Shown: positions 1 to 13,727, counted from the stretch's first letter. The stretch: 64,000 bases of DNA from Octopus vulgaris (GCA_951406725.2 OX597830.1:15748001-15812000); one strand, 5' to 3'. The notes: generated by a model not told the origin, from the sequence alone. Translations and numbers: made by a program.

Positions 1-494
1 GAAATTGTGTGTAAAGCTTTGCAAACCATAATCCCCTTCATTTTCGGGTCCATTCTGGCAATGATGAAAGTGAAAGTGAAACTACAAGAACTGCAATGTT
101 ACATGCTTACACCTATAACTTGAGCAAAAACAGTAGAGGGACTAGTGTTTTGCAAATAGATATAGCTGGGTTGATATAATGTTTGCTCTAAATATTAGCA
201 CAAATCTATGACTGTCCATGAGAGGTGTTTGGTTATATTAGTATGTTGGTATCACTAGTGTTTTAACCTTGAGGACTCATCCTTATTTACTTCAGTTTCT
301 GGTAATCCTTACAAATAATAGGCTTCATCCTCATTAATATTTTGTACCCTTCCTTCTGCAGTTATTGCGCTAATGAGAATGATGTGAACTTGTGATTATT
401 CTCAACTTGGTTTTAAAAAATGAAACTCCAATATGGAGGAACAAAGTGGCAACCCTAGTTTTGTTACAAATTGGGGTGGGAGTTCTCTATTTTT

Positions 495-735
495 AACTTG
501 TTTTAGTCATTAGACTGAGGCCATGCTGGGGCACTGCCTTGAGGAATTTTTAGTTGTATGAATCAACCCCAGGACTTTTATTTTTAAGTCTGGTCCTTAT
601 TCTTTCTCTTTCGCTAAACTGCTAAGTTAAAGGGATGTAAACATACCAACACCAGTTGTCAAGTGGTGGTAGGGGACAAACAAGCACACACACATGTGTA
701 TGTGTGTGTGAATGCATATATGTATGTGTGTGTAT

Positions 736-783
<48 letters not shown>

Positions 784-905
784 CTTTACACAACTGGCTT
801 CATTCAGTTTCCATCTACCAAATCCACACACAAGGCTTTGATCTACCAGAGGGTATTATAGAAGGCACTTACCCAAGCTGCCACCCAGTGGGACTTTTTA
901 CCATA
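495..905 (-). mobile_element. Degenerate copy of tRNA-derived SINE family A
   Basis: Diverged match to the other family A copies (ggccatgctggggcactgcc ... ctaccaaatccacacacaaggctttg) with an internal (CA)n/(TA)n tract; ends approximate. Confidence 0.7.
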
Positions 906-1423
906 CAGTCTTAAAATAGTTTAGAATAATTCCATTAAGCCAATATCTTATTAGTCAGTTAAAACATTGTTTAGAATGGTTTTGGAATAAAAGAAAAAGA
1001 AGTTAAAAATCTTCCATAATTTCTAGGAAAATTTTTTCCCGTTTTCACCTAAACCAAATTTCAATCTTCACCTTCACATGACCACCTCAACATTAAATCA
1101 CCTGAAATTAAGTTTACCTACAAATGTGCATGTATGCATGCAACATGCATACATGCATGCATTCATGTGTGTGTATTGTCACTATCAAGGTGAATTAATA
1201 AAACACCTGTAATGACTCAAACTAATTGCTTTTGTGTTTTATAGAAATGAGTAATTTTTTTCTTGGTTTAAGGAACTGACTTCCAATGAAAATTCTAAGG
1301 AATTGGATTTCTCTTTCCATTTCCACAAACGTTTCAATCTTTGTGAAGTAATTTTATTTGAGCACCATAGAGGCATTAGAAATGGCAGCCAAATTACTCT
1401 CATATCTCTCTCCAAGATCTTAA

Positions 1424-1644
1424 CCCTTTAGTACACAGATTACTCTGTCAAATATAATATTTATTTATTTATATTGTTTTGAAGTAATCATGCATTATCT
1501 TGTAGTTTGGGGATTTCAGTGAGGTGACCGTTTAGTTATAGAATGATAGTGAAGGGTTGAGGCGATAGGCCAGATCTGGTCAGTTTCAGCATAAAACAAG
1601 GCTAAATATTTTGGCCAGATGTGGCCAGTTTGAATGCAAAAGGG
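1424..1644. mobile_element. piggyBac-type MITE (family F1)
   Basis: TTAA|CCCTTT ... AAAGGG|TTAA termini; about 220 bp; homologous copies at 14087, 17024, 42522, 50279 and 50718. Confidence 0.8.
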
Positions 1645-1790
1645 TTAAAAAAAGGGAAAGACAATAAATAAGTCCTAAATATATATATATAAAAAAAAAA
1701 GTCAAGGTGATTACAGCTTTTGATCATGGGTCTACTCAATTAGTGCTGGCCTGGGTCTAAACAACAACCAGTTTTACTTTGCACATAAAT

Positions 1791-1839
1791 GCAGCAGTAG
1801 TAGTAGTAGTAGTAGCGGCAACAGCTGTAGTGGTGGTGA

Positions 1840-1883
<44 letters not shown>

Positions 1884-1897
1884 ACAGCAGCAGCAGC

Positions 1898-1933
<36 letters not shown>

Positions 1934-1945
1934 AGCAGCAGCAGC

Positions 1946-1980
<35 letters not shown>

Positions 1981-1987
1981 TAGCAGC

Positions 1988-2039
<52 letters not shown>

Positions 2040-2074
2040 ACAGCAGTAGTAGTAGTAGTAGTAGTAGTAGCAGC
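1791..2074. repeat. (GTA)n/(GCA)n compound microsatellite
   Basis: Visible directly; source of the poly-V/Y/L ORFs. Confidence 0.95.
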
Positions 2075-2864
2075 ATCGCTTGTTCCAAAATTCCCTCTGA
2101 TCTACATTCATTCTATTAAAGCAACTCAGTTCCCATTTGAATAATTATGAATAATTCTTCAAAATCTAAATATCACAAATCTCATTAGAAATTCTTTATA
2201 ACGCCCTGCCACTTGTACATATCAAGACATTACCAACCCTAATTAGTATGGCACCAGTAAATTCTCATCAAACAGAAGGACATTACTTGGTTTTAATTCT
2301 CTTTTAGAATTGCTTCAGTTTCTGCACCCATTTCTCCTGAAATACCACAAACATCGCAACTTTCTTGTTCCGACACCTATTTTGCATTTACCAGAGACAT
2401 TTATTGTAGTTCTTCAACATAGCCATTGTTTTTGCTCAAACAAATAATGTATTGTTTAGCGGAATGGTCTGGGAGTAGTTTAGAATGGAAGCAGAACTAA
2501 GTTTTTCCTTTTAAGTTCTGCTTTTAAGTTTCGTCTTCTTTTATAATGAAGTATTCTATTCAGGAGGAAGAATCAAGAAACGAAATAAGAGAGAGAGAGA
2601 GAGAGTGTGTGTGTGTGTAAAAGTGAGATTGCTTTATATACAACTTCAATAATTAATATTTTTACTTCACCCTGCATCAGATATTTCTTCAGTTATAAAG
2701 ACTAGAATGTTTTGAATCTGCCATAACATCATATAACTACTTATATTGATTGTATATTAAATAGATATATATTTAATATATACTCTATCTATCTATCTAT
2801 CTATCTATATATATATATATATTATATATATATTATATATATTACATATATTATATATATATAT

Positions 2865-2897
<33 letters not shown>

Positions 2898-3339
2898 TGA
2901 GAGAGGGAGAGAGAAAAAGGAAAAACAAAGGAAAAAAAGAAAGAAAGAGAGGATTTCATTTAGACTCATTAAAACCAGTAAAGTAGACTATAATTGGCTG
3001 GTGATTAAAATAAAAAAAAGATTTTAGCTTGACAGAAATGAGAGTATGTTTGTGGTAAGTTGAGAAAAATTTAATTGACCAAATTTAACATAAATTTTTC
3101 CCTTGTCACTCATTAAAAATACTATTTGATTCAAACGAGAGAAAAAAAATCAATTCCGATAGCAGTTTAGAACTTGGTAACTTTGATAATTTAGCTTTAA
3201 TTACTGTAATATATTGAATGTGAAATAAAGAACCATGAAAAGAAGTTTTCTATAAACTTGATCAAAGCTTTAATGGTGTAGCAATGTCCCTAATCATCAG
3301 AGAAGTATTCCTCAACACTTGTATTTAATAATACTCTCT

Positions 3340-3748
3340 CTTTACTCTCTTTTACTTGTTTCAGTCATTTGACTGCGGCCATGCTGGAGCACCGCCTTTA
3401 GTCGAGCAAATCGACCCCGGGACTTATTCTTTGTAAGCCCAGTACTTATTCTATCGGTCTCTTTTGCCGAACCGCACTAAGTGACGGGGACGTAAACACA
3501 CCAGCATCGGTTGTGAAGCAATGCTAGGGGGACAAACACAGACACACAAACACACACACACACACACTTATATATATATACATATATACGACAGGCTTCT
3601 TTCAGTTTCTGTCTACCAAATCCACTCACAAGGCATTGGTCGGCCCGGGGCTATAGCAGAAGACACTTGCCCAAGATGCCACGCAGTGGGACTGAACCCG
3701 GAACCATGTGGTTGGTTAGCAAGCTACTTACCACAGAGCCACTCCTGC
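3340..3748 (-). mobile_element. tRNA-derived SINE family A, full length
   Basis: Minus-strand head GCAGGAGTGGCTCTGTGGTAAG..GGTTCAGTCCC (A/B box-like), internal (TA)(TG) tract and GTAAAAGAG-type tail; more than 10 copies in the window. Confidence 0.9.
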
Positions 3749-4159
3749 TTAAATAGTGTATTTAAGGCTAAGTCAGATTGGCAAAATTCATTCCTTTCCT
3801 AAATAAAGCCATAGGAGATATTGAACTCAGAACTATAAACTAACAGAACATTCAACAATTTTACTATGCTACCACTGATGGTAGATTTGTGCTGTTGCAT
3901 GCTGCAGTAGTTGTGACAGGGTATGAACCACAGATCTTTTTAGTGGTGCATTAATGACAAGCTAGCAATTTGTTCAGCTGTGCCTCCCCCCAATAGTATA
4001 TGTTAATATAGTATGCCATACATATTAATATACTGTATACATTCCCTGCAACATTGTAATATCCCTTAACAGATATGACATTATAATCAACTATAAATAT
4101 ACTTTTATATACCATAACATACACCAACATTATAATATACTATAGCATACATTATATAT

Positions 4160-4390
4160 ATTTCTTTACTACCCACAAGGGGCTAAACACAGAGGGGACA
4201 AACAAGGACAGACAAAGGGATTAAGTCGACTACATCGACCCCAGTGCGTAACTGGTACTTAATTTATCGACCCCGAAAGGATGAAAGGCAAAGTCGACCT
4301 CGGCGGAATTTGAACTCGGAACGTAACGACAGACGAAATATGGCTACGAATTTCGCCCGGCGTGCTAACGTTTCTACCAGCTCGCCGCCT
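4160..4390 (-). mobile_element. tRNA-like SINE family B (central GCCTTTCATCCTTTCGGGGTCGATAAATTAAGTACCAG, resembling the Meta/Nin domain)
   Basis: Head GGCGGCGAGCTGG..GAGTTCAAATTCC; multiple copies; flanking tacattata duplication. Domain name is from recall and not checked. Confidence 0.85.
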
Positions 4391-4469
4391 TACATTATAG
4401 CATACATTATATTATAACAAGCCATAGTATGCTCTGCACATAATAATATATGATAATAAATTAGCTGTG

Positions 4470-4779
4470 ATACCAGCGCTGGTGGTACGTAAGAGAACCA
4501 TCCGAACGTGGCCGTTGCCTGTGCTGCCCTGACTGGCCTCCGTGCCGGTGGCATGTAAAAAGCACCTTCTGATTGTGGCCGTTTGCCAGCCTCGTCTGGC
4601 ACGTAAAAAGCACCCACCACACTCACGGAGTGGTTGGCGTTAGGAAGGGCATCCAGCTGTAGAAACATCGCCAGATCAGATTGGGGCCTGGTGCAGCCTC
4701 CTGGCTTCCCAGACCCCAGTTGAACCGTCCAACCCATGCCAGCATGGAAAGCGGACGTTAAACGATGATGATGATGATG
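4470..4779 (+). mobile_element. Retroposon 3' tail element (family D) ending in (GAT)n
   Basis: TGGTTGGCGTTAGGAAGGGCATCCAGC...GGACGTTAAACGATGATGAT; about 10 copies in the window, variably 5'-truncated. Confidence 0.85.
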
Positions 4780-5132
4780 ATATATAATAAATCTTATCAC
4801 AGGAATGAATATATGAAACAAAACATTTTTTTAATCTTCTTTTATTTTTCAATATATTCCACATTTATGACTTCATTACTTGTGAGTTCTGTTGTACAAT
4901 TATACCCTTTACATCTTCTAGGCATGGTTCTCGGTAATTAAGTTACAGGTTTACTTTTTAGTTTAATTCCTGTTTGGTCCTTTGATACAGAACTTTCAGT
5001 AATAAAGTACTTACAAAGGTTCCATCATAATATTAAACTACGAACCTTTTGTTATGTTTATGGTCCATACATTAACTTTATTGTGAATCTTTTTAGAATT
5101 AATTCATAGGCAACGTTAGAATAAGAATTTAA

Positions 5133-5547
5133 GGATCTTTACGGTTTGAACAGCAGTTTTTTCTAGTGGTGTCATATGAAATTGTCACCCATAATTATGA
5201 CCCTAGTATCGATCTATTGCATTTCAATCTGTTTTAGAGTTAGGGTTAGGGGTGGAGGGAAGGGTATCTTTTTTTCTTCACAAATGTAAATAAACCCAAT
5301 CTGTTCCTTAAACGAGGGACATATTCATACGGCACAATGTTTTTTACCTCAATGGATGTCAGTGATTGGTTGAAATTGCAGAAATTGAAGAAAAAAAACA
5401 ACAAATATCTTACAAACTATAGAATTTTCTCAATAAAACCAAGAGAAAAAGATGTTTTATAAACACATTCTACCAGTATACGAAGTTTAAAATTTTTTAG
5501 TTACCCAGAAATTATGTTAAAAACTGCCGTTCAAACCGAAAAGATTC
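5133..5547. mobile_element. MITE with GG-initiated ~28 bp TIRs and an 8-bp TSD (Merlin/IS1016-like)
   Basis: TIR GGATCTTT.CGGTTTGAAC.GCAGTTTT; TSD gaatttaa at 5125-5132 and 5548-5555; internal TTAGGG repeats. Confidence 0.85.
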
Positions 5548-7169
5548 GAATTTAATACCAAAATAGCTAACTCAGCCCTTCCCCATAAAACAAACGCTGC
5601 ACTTTAGGATGTTTTAGACACATTTAGGACATTCTATTAGACTGCATGTTTTATATTCTTTTGGAAATAATCATTCCCAAAATTATGCGATTGAATTATT
5701 TAAGTTTGTGTCAGTGTTAACCTATGACAGTTAACCGTTATAATTGTCATTTTATTAGCACAAACACACACACAGCAGTTGGATGTCCCTGATAAACAGA
5801 CCTTAAGTATTTCTCTGTTGCCCTCCCTGTATTATTAAAAATAGTCTGTTCCATGTTTGAAAGGAAAGTACTTAACATGTTCTGTATCATCATGTTTATT
5901 AACTGGACTTTAATTGATGTTTACATAATATCACCTCCACCACCACCACCACCACTATTATTATTATCATCATCATCATCATCTTCATCTGTTCCATCTT
6001 CTTTGCCTCTTTATCATTCATTGAGATTATGCATAAATATGATTTTGTATCCACGAAATATTTTTAGGTCTTATTCTGTGCTGAGGAGGGCATCATCTTA
6101 CTCAGTGACCAGATACATCCATCACTTAGAAATTCATCGAACACTAAATCCCAAAATAGATTTATATTTGCGGAAATGAATCGCAAAACATTTGGTCCAT
6201 TCAGTAACAAGAACTCTGCTATTTTTTATCTGATTAAAGTTAAATTTTTAAACTAAAAAAAATGTAATGCAAAACCAAGTTACTATGGTTTGGTTTCACT
6301 TATATGAATAATGCCATGTGATTTTGATTAACTGTCTTTGGAAATTTCCTGTAAGAGGAATGGAAATACTAACAAATTTGCTAAATGGGAAGCATTTTAG
6401 ATAAAAATCAAATAATATTCTTTGACAATACTAATATGTATTTCTTTAGTAAATATCCTCAATTCGTAGCTGAGAATTGTTGCAGTTAGTAAGTATATAT
6501 ATACATATATATATATGAATAAGCATTTGCAGAATTTGTGAAATGTAATTTTATTAACTCGTTGCAATTTATCCAGAGATAAAAGTTTGTAGAGTAAAAA
6601 GGAAAGTAGATTTATTTGTAATTATATAAGAATAGTTTTGAGCATTCATTGTTGGTGTGTAAATGTTGTCTGCTGTAGTGTTTTGAAATGACAGACTTGG
6701 GATAATTGTTTTCCTTTAAACTTGTGTGTTTCTAAAGACATATTCTTCATATAATTTCTAAAATGGGGGAAATTAAACAGGAAAATTGGAACATTAATGT
6801 TGTTCCTAAGAATGTTAGTGATTTCAAGTTCAGATTTGAAACTGGATCGTGTTTGGTAACAAACCTACTCTAGCAACAAGGTGGGAAATTAACAGTAAGA
6901 TTTATTATGACTAGTTATATTTTTTTATTCAGTTAACGATCCATCAGAATAGTGAATAATGCTATAAAACCTTCCGATAGTTACTCTTATATGCATTAGT
7001 GGTAAGTAAATGTTCGCTTTAAACATTGTAATAATGGTGTTTCTTAATAAACTTTCAATGCTGAAAGAATAAATTTTTATGGATGAACAATACAATCAGT
7101 CATGATTTATACTCACCATAAACAATAAAATAATTAAATAACACTGTGTAACAAAATTTCTGTATCTTT

Positions 7170-7592
7170 TTTTTTTTTGTTTTCTTTTGTCTTTGGCCAG
7201 TAAGTGTTATTTCCTATTTGCTTCTATCTAGAAATCAAAGGAAATGACTACTATTCCCTTCAAACTTTGCTTTTGTGACCTGGACATCAATGTTTTGAAA
7301 CTGAACTATTTTCCATTACATTTCAGATAGATTCAGAGCTGAGTTGCTGAAGCAGAAATATCGTTATAGCAAATATTCTGCTCAAAAGCACCTTTTTGAT
7401 GTAAATAATTTTTGGTGTTAACATGGTCCGATTTAAATTTTTTCTTCTACGGAAGGAAGAGCAAGCCTTCTTCTATCATACTTTCAATTTTGGTCAACTT
7501 GCACCGCAGGGTCTCGGAGGAGATAGTGTTAGTTGAAGGCTACCAAACCTGCCATACACAGACAACTTCAGCTTTATATATAGAGAGAGATT
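7170..7592 (+). mobile_element. Probable non-autonomous Helitron/Helentron-like remnant
   Basis: Ends acacagacaacttcagctttatatatagagag, similar to the 3' end at 45050-45082; boundaries approximate. Confidence 0.4.
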
Positions 7593-8861
7593 CAACAGAT
7601 TTGCTTGTCAGTCACTTGACCTTAACCATTTGAGTGTGTCTCTTAGTGGCTGACAATATGTTCATCTCTGATCATGAGCCATGTGTTGAGAAGGATTCTT
7701 TGGGGGTTTGAACAAATGTAAAAAAAGCAAAGTTTGAAAGAAACATTAGCCATTTTTTAAAATACTTTCTATGGGTAAGCAAATAGGAAATAACAGTTAC
7801 TGCCCAAGGACAAAAATCATGTTACACAGTATAATTATTATTTTCCTTTTGACCAACTTTAGGTGTATTGTATCCTGCTATTCTTCTCGAATGGTTAACA
7901 GGCATAGGTTTCTTATAAAACTAACTGTTTGTGTTTTTACTCACAGTGGACGTAACTGCTCGGATTGTGTTGCAGGCTGAGGCATATCTCGGTTGTCCAG
8001 AACTAAACACCTACTAGCATCGATTCTCTGCATTGTAGCATTTGATTCTTTTGATTTCTTACTAATGTATGTTAGCATTCTGTCTAACTGCTTGTGCTTC
8101 CGACAAGGTTGAAGTCTATCAAAATATATTGGTACGGCTCAGGTGTTATACATATTATTGCATTAATATTTGCTTTTTGCTTCTTTAATTTTCTTGGCAG
8201 TCTAATTAATTATCTTGGATTTTTAAATGTTCTTCTGCTGCTTTCTTTTATCTAGCCAAGTTGCGATAAATTTTTGAGATGAACAATTTCAGAAAAAAAA
8301 AAAAAAAACAAAGAAAAAAAAAAACACTTCCTGAATCAGTCAGAAACAAAACACTAATTGTTATTTGAATTTGTTATTTCCCATAATGATATACAAGAAA
8401 AGAAAATTACTGTAAAATGATATACTCATGTATATGTGTGGTTGTAGCTGCTCCCATGAGCACACATAGATATATATGCACATACATAAACACACACATG
8501 TTTGTGTATACGTATGTATGTGTTGTTCTTAAGTCCTACTTTTAAAATGTTGCCATAAAGAAGAGAAAACTTAATTGACTTGGTTGAAAGAAATTTTAAA
8601 CTATTTCATAACGAAGCCTTAATGTGGACGGACCTTAAAAGCGAGTTTGAACCAAGGACCCACCGTAGAAGAATTCCTGGCTCCACCTATGTAAACAAGT
8701 TGTTGTTTTTATTATTGCAGTGAGGCGAATCTGTTCTTTTGTCTTTAGCAGCTTAACCATTGTCTGCATAAATGAATGCTGCTTTCTCTATTGCATTTAT
8801 CATAACTGTGTATAACGACCGATGTATGACAACATCATTTTTCCTCACTCCTCACTTTCAG

Positions 8862-9067
8862 GAACGAATGACAGCAATAAACAATGAAATGGTTAGCTTG
8901 AAGCAGAAACAAGATGAAATAAAATCTCAGCTCGTAGCTGCCAAAGATGCTGGTGATGCTGTTTCACTGCAGAAGCTACAAGGAACTCGCGATCTAATTA
9001 CATCTCGACAGCTTCATCTAATGGCTGAGCAGAATGAAATAATCAAAAAACAGCGCCGCTTTGAACG
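8862..9067 (+). CDS. Gene A internal exon, predicted coiled coil (ERMTAINNEMVSLKQKQDEIKSQL...KKQRRFE)
   Basis: ctttcag acceptor and CG|gtatgt donor; open frame with non-repetitive helical peptide; phase 0 in, phase 2 out. Confidence 0.85.
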
Positions 9068-10434
9068 GTATGTTGTTGGCACATACTGAATTCTTACTTG
9101 TTCAGTCCCTTTACAGCAGAAACTTGTGCAAATTTACTGGTTAATTTTCTTGTTCCAACTTACATATGTTTCCAAGTGGAAAATCCCATTCGAACTATTC
9201 CAAAATAAGCTATTTTGAAAAAAATTACATACCCTGATGTTTATTTCTTTTAAGAGGTGGGGTGGATTTAGTTTCAATAGCATTGTTTTTGATAATCAAT
9301 TATGTGAAAAAAAAAGAAAAAAAAAAAAGTTATGGTGTTGTGAAATATGTTTTTCATCTCTCTAGAGGTTTTTGTTGTATTGTTTTATTGTTGTTGCTGT
9401 TGTTGTTGTTGATGATATTGTTGTTGTTGCTATTGTTTTTAGCCACATAATGTGGTTGTAACATATGATGCTTTAAGATACTAACTATCAGCTATGAGGT
9501 ACTAATATTTACTGCTTTTATTGAAATACTAATGTTAATTAACTAACGAACGTAGCAATTTGCACACTCAGATTAGTGACTTAAAAAGAAAAGAAAAAGT
9601 AAAAAAATACTCTCAAAAAGTAAAAAAATACTCCTTACATCTCGTCAGTATTCCACAAAATTCAACATGAACTAAAGTCCACCACTTCTTAATTGCTAAT
9701 TATAATTTGTTTGTGATAAGGACCAGTTGATTATAAACTTGAGTTTATTTGTCAGGACTAAAAATTGTGACCTTTGGTATGTGTATGCGTGTATGTGTAT
9801 GTATGTGTGTGTATAAGTGTATGAAACAACAAAATAAAAAATGGCTTTTTTTGTTATTTCATGATATTTTATTTAAAGTTTCTCTAAAACTGTTTTTGTT
9901 TTTACGAGAATGTAAATGAATCTAGCCTCAAAAAAAGTTAGTGCAACAAGTTTAGGTAAGCTAAATTGATAAGACAATCTCTCTCTCCGTGTTTATCATA
10001 ATTGATTCTCATCTTCATTAATCCCAGTTGATTTATCTAAGACCAGTTCACTCTAAGATTTATCTAAGACCAGTCCACTCTCTAAGTTGGTTCCTTCACT
10101 CAAAATACACACTGCCAATATATATCATAAAACTGAATTGAAGTCTCCATCTTGCTTGCCAAAACATCATCATGCATCTCTTTCTTCACACTGCTGTTTG
10201 TTTGTTTTTGTTCTTTTTTCCTTTGTTTTTTTTTTGTTTTTTTGTTTTATTCTTGATCAGAATATGTTCCAGATAACAAAAACATTATCTGAAACTGTCT
10301 TTGCTGTTTTCTTTCATTTAAATTATTTATTATTTAAAATTATTTATTACATTTACATTTCAGTTTTTTTTAAATTTCAATCTACAGAAATGCTGTGATA
10401 TAAAAATTGATTTTTATATAAATTATAATCATTA

Positions 10435-10467
10435 ATATTATTATTATTATTATTATTACTATTATTA

Positions 10468-10522
<55 letters not shown>
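10435..10522. repeat. (TTA)n microsatellite
   Basis: Visible directly. Confidence 0.95.
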
Positions 10523-10526
<4 letters not shown>

Positions 10527-10871
10527 ATATGGAAGACTTTTTTTTTTTGACAAATAATGCCTAAAGTTTTATTTCCCTAATAAAGTGGGTCTTATCAATA
10601 ACCATTAAAAAAATTCTTACGTCTACAAAAAAGTCAATAAAATGAAATGTATAAATGATAAAAAAAAAAAACCAAACAATTATTACTTCTACATCTGAAG
10701 ATGACAAATTATTGTATTTCTGTTTGTCATGAACTAAATAGAGGTTAACTGCTAATGAATTGGGAATCTGACCATTGTATTTTTTTAATAAATCTGATAA
10801 ATTATAAATAGTGATATACGTATTAGTTTAGAAAACTTAAAACTAGACATCCCAGACCTTAACATCAATAT

Positions 10872-11083
10872 ACTCTTTTACTTGTTTCAGTCATGTGACT
10901 GCGGCCATGCTGGAGCACCGCCTTTAATCGAGCAACTCGACCCCGGGACTTATTCTTTTGTAAGCCCAGTACTTATTCTGTCGGTCTCTTTTGCCGAACC
11001 GCTAAGTAACGGGGACATAAACACACCAGCATCGGTTGTCAAGCAATGCTAGAAGGTCAAACACAGACACACAAACATATACA

Positions 11084-11129
<46 letters not shown>

Positions 11130-11432
11130 TATGGCGTTAGGAAGGGCATCCAGCCGTAGAAACACTGCCAGATCAGACTGGGCCTGATGCAGCCTTCTGG
11201 CTTCACAGACCCCAGTTGAACCGTCCAACCCATGCTAGCATGGAAGGCGGACGCTAAATGATGATGATGATACAACGGGCTTCTTTCAGTTTCCGTCTAC
11301 CAAATCCACTCACAAGGCTTTGGTCGGCCCGAGGCTATAGTAGAAGGCACTTGCCCAAAGTGCCACGCAGTGGGACTGAACCCGGAACCATGTGGTTGGT
11401 AAGCAAGCTACTTACCACACAGCCACTCCTGT
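10872..11432 (-). mobile_element. SINE family A with a nested family D tail (11131-11270) in its (TA)n tract
   Basis: Both SINE halves are present, separated by the D element. Confidence 0.85.
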
Positions 11433-11840
11433 GCCAAAATGTTAATTTTTTATCTTTAATTTATGCTAAAGGCATAATATAACGGCTATATTGTATTTTA
11501 GTTACATCCCTTTGTGATCTAAATCTGAATTCAGTAAAGTAAACTATTGGTCAGGTTCTGGGGTCAGTATGTTGCTTCCACATTAATAACATAATTCGAA
11601 ATATTAAAGATTTCTAGGTACATAGTACATCGTTAGGCAAACACAAGGTTTGTGGAGAGTTTGGTAATAGTCACAGCATTGAATGGAAGCGATACAGGTT
11701 TCTGTTTTTTTATGATCATAATCTAAGTCTACTTACAGCTTTTGTCAAATAATTTGAAATTATACAGGCGATTGATTTATTTAAAAAAATTATCTACTGT
11801 GTGACAAAGCTGGGATTTTTTTTTTTCCAAAAGTGAATTG

Positions 11841-12261
11841 GTATCTTTTCGGTTTGAACGGCAGTTTTTTCTAGCGGTGTCATGAAATTGTCACCCATAA
11901 TTATGACCCTAGTATCGATCTATTGCATTTCAATCTCTTTTAGGGTTAAGGTTAGGGGTGGGGGGAAGGGTATCTTTTTTTTCTTCACAAATGTAAATAA
12001 ACCCAATCTGTTTCTGAAACGAGGGACATATTCATACGGCACAGAATGCTTTTCAACTCAATAGATGTCATTGATTGGTTGAAATTGCAGAAATTGAAGG
12101 AAAAAAAAAAAACAAATATCTTACAAACTATAGAATTTTCTCAATATAAAGCCAAGAGAAAAAGATGTTTTATAAACACATTCTACCAGTATATGAAGTT
12201 TAAAAGTGTTTAGTTACGTGGAAATTATTTTAAAAAACTGCTGTTCAAAGCGGAAAGATCC
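11841..12261. mobile_element. Merlin-like MITE, second copy
   Basis: Near-identical to 5133-5547; TSD gtgaattg at 11833-11840 and 12262-12269. Confidence 0.85.
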
Positions 12262-12793
12262 GTGAATTGCTATGAAAAAAACAGTGATGACTTCAGCTTT
12301 TAATACCTGGGAAAATATCTGGAAAAGTCTTCTCTCTGTTAATTCATAATCCTAGATTTCATTACAATAACAGCTGAGGTAGGTTTTCATTCCATTACAA
12401 AGGATATCAGTAATAACAACACTTATATAAGTTCAGAAAAAAAACGTATATAGAATATTTACTATTCTGATGGAATGGCGAAAAACAAAAATTATATTTT
12501 CTATTTAGTTTTAAATACATCTTGGGATTGGTCTGAAAATATTTCCTTTGGAGGGGGGGTTGTATTTTCCTTTAATAATTACAAGACATTTTTCCATCAT
12601 AGCGCACGTGTTTCACTTCAAAACGAGAAGGTGAGATTAGCAGGAAAGCTTTGCGATGTAAGGGAGACTACTCCTGCATGATAATACATTATGCTCTCAC
12701 TTGATAGAAGCCGACAGCCAAATATATTATAGAAAAATTAAACCTATTTTATTTATTCATTTATTAATAAAATATAATTAAACTTTTATATTT

Positions 12794-12829
<36 letters not shown>

Positions 12830-12893
12830 CAAGACAATCTTCTGCTGAATTGTGTGTAATTTCAGTGGGGCCACCCTATTTTTCTCTGTTTAG

Positions 12894-12958
12894 GTATCAG
12901 ATGAAGAATGCCCGCTGTAGCAACAATGGCAAAGAATACAATGATGATGAAGCCACAG
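12894..12958 (+). CDS. Gene A 65-nt exon (R-YQMKNARCSNNGKEYNDDEAT)
   Basis: tttctctgtttag acceptor and CAG|gtatga donor; phase 2 in and phase 1 out match both neighbouring exons. Confidence 0.85.
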
Positions 12959-13522
12959 GTATGAATGGCATTTGATTGCTTGCCTTTCTCTTTGAATTGA
13001 TCTCCAATCATTTGTCAAATGTCCGTGTAAAAACCATTATCTTATTCTTTTTATGCTTCCTTGGATCAAAACAAATTCATGTAAGCTTTAGAATGCCTTT
13101 TTCACTTGATGTCTCCTCTCAGACCATTGAAGACTTAACTATAAATTCTGATACCAATATTCTCCATTCATCTCATTTTCTTTTTTTTTTTCTTCGTTCT
13201 CTCCTTTTTATGCATTTTTATCTTTTCTTTTTCCTTGATTTTTTTTTCTTTCAATTTCTGCTGTGTTTTTTTTTAAATTTTTGTTTTGTTTTGTTTTGTT
13301 ATATATTTTTTATTTTTCTGTTGGAAAACATTTCTGTGGTCCTTTCTTTCTTTGCCATTTTTTGTTCCTTTTCCATTCACAACATTTTATTTTTTTTTTT
13401 TTCCGTCCAGTTAATTAATTGTCCATAATGATCAACGAAATGTATTTAAGAAAGTCAGGTTAACATCCCATATTCTTTAGAATAATCTTTAGTTTGAAGC
13501 AAATGGTTACGAACTGCATTTA

Positions 13523-13727
13523 AGGCGGCGAACTGGCAGAATCATTAGCATGCCGGACAAAATGCCACTGAACATTTCGTCCGTCTTTACATTGTGTTCA
13601 AATTCCACCAAGGTCCACTTTACCGTTTCAATAGAATCAATAAGTACCAGTTGAGCACTGGGGTTGATGTAATCAACTTACTCCCTCCCACAAACTTTCT
13701 GGCCTTCTGCCAAAATTTTAAACCAAT
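13523..13727 (+). mobile_element. SINE family B variant, diverged
   Basis: aggcggcgaactggcagaatc...taagtaccagttgagcactggggttgatgtaatc. Confidence 0.75.

Noticed and set aside
1740-2144. Poly-Y/L/V ORFs, and similar ORFs at 30.8, 44.0, 62.0 and 63.5 kb
   Set aside because: Translations of microsatellites, with no splice or codon evidence
3521-3802. Recurrent peptides such as DTCPRCHAVGLNPEPCGW and [19 protein letters not shown] that look like a gene family
   Set aside because: Translations of SINE family A copies
5232-5252. TTAGGG repeats as a true telomere remnant
   Set aside because: Only 2-3 units, and internal to a MITE present in multiple copies
10695-10745. CTGAAGA followed by a hairpin, hammerhead-like
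   Set aside because: GAAC instead of GAAA, and no convincing stems I and III
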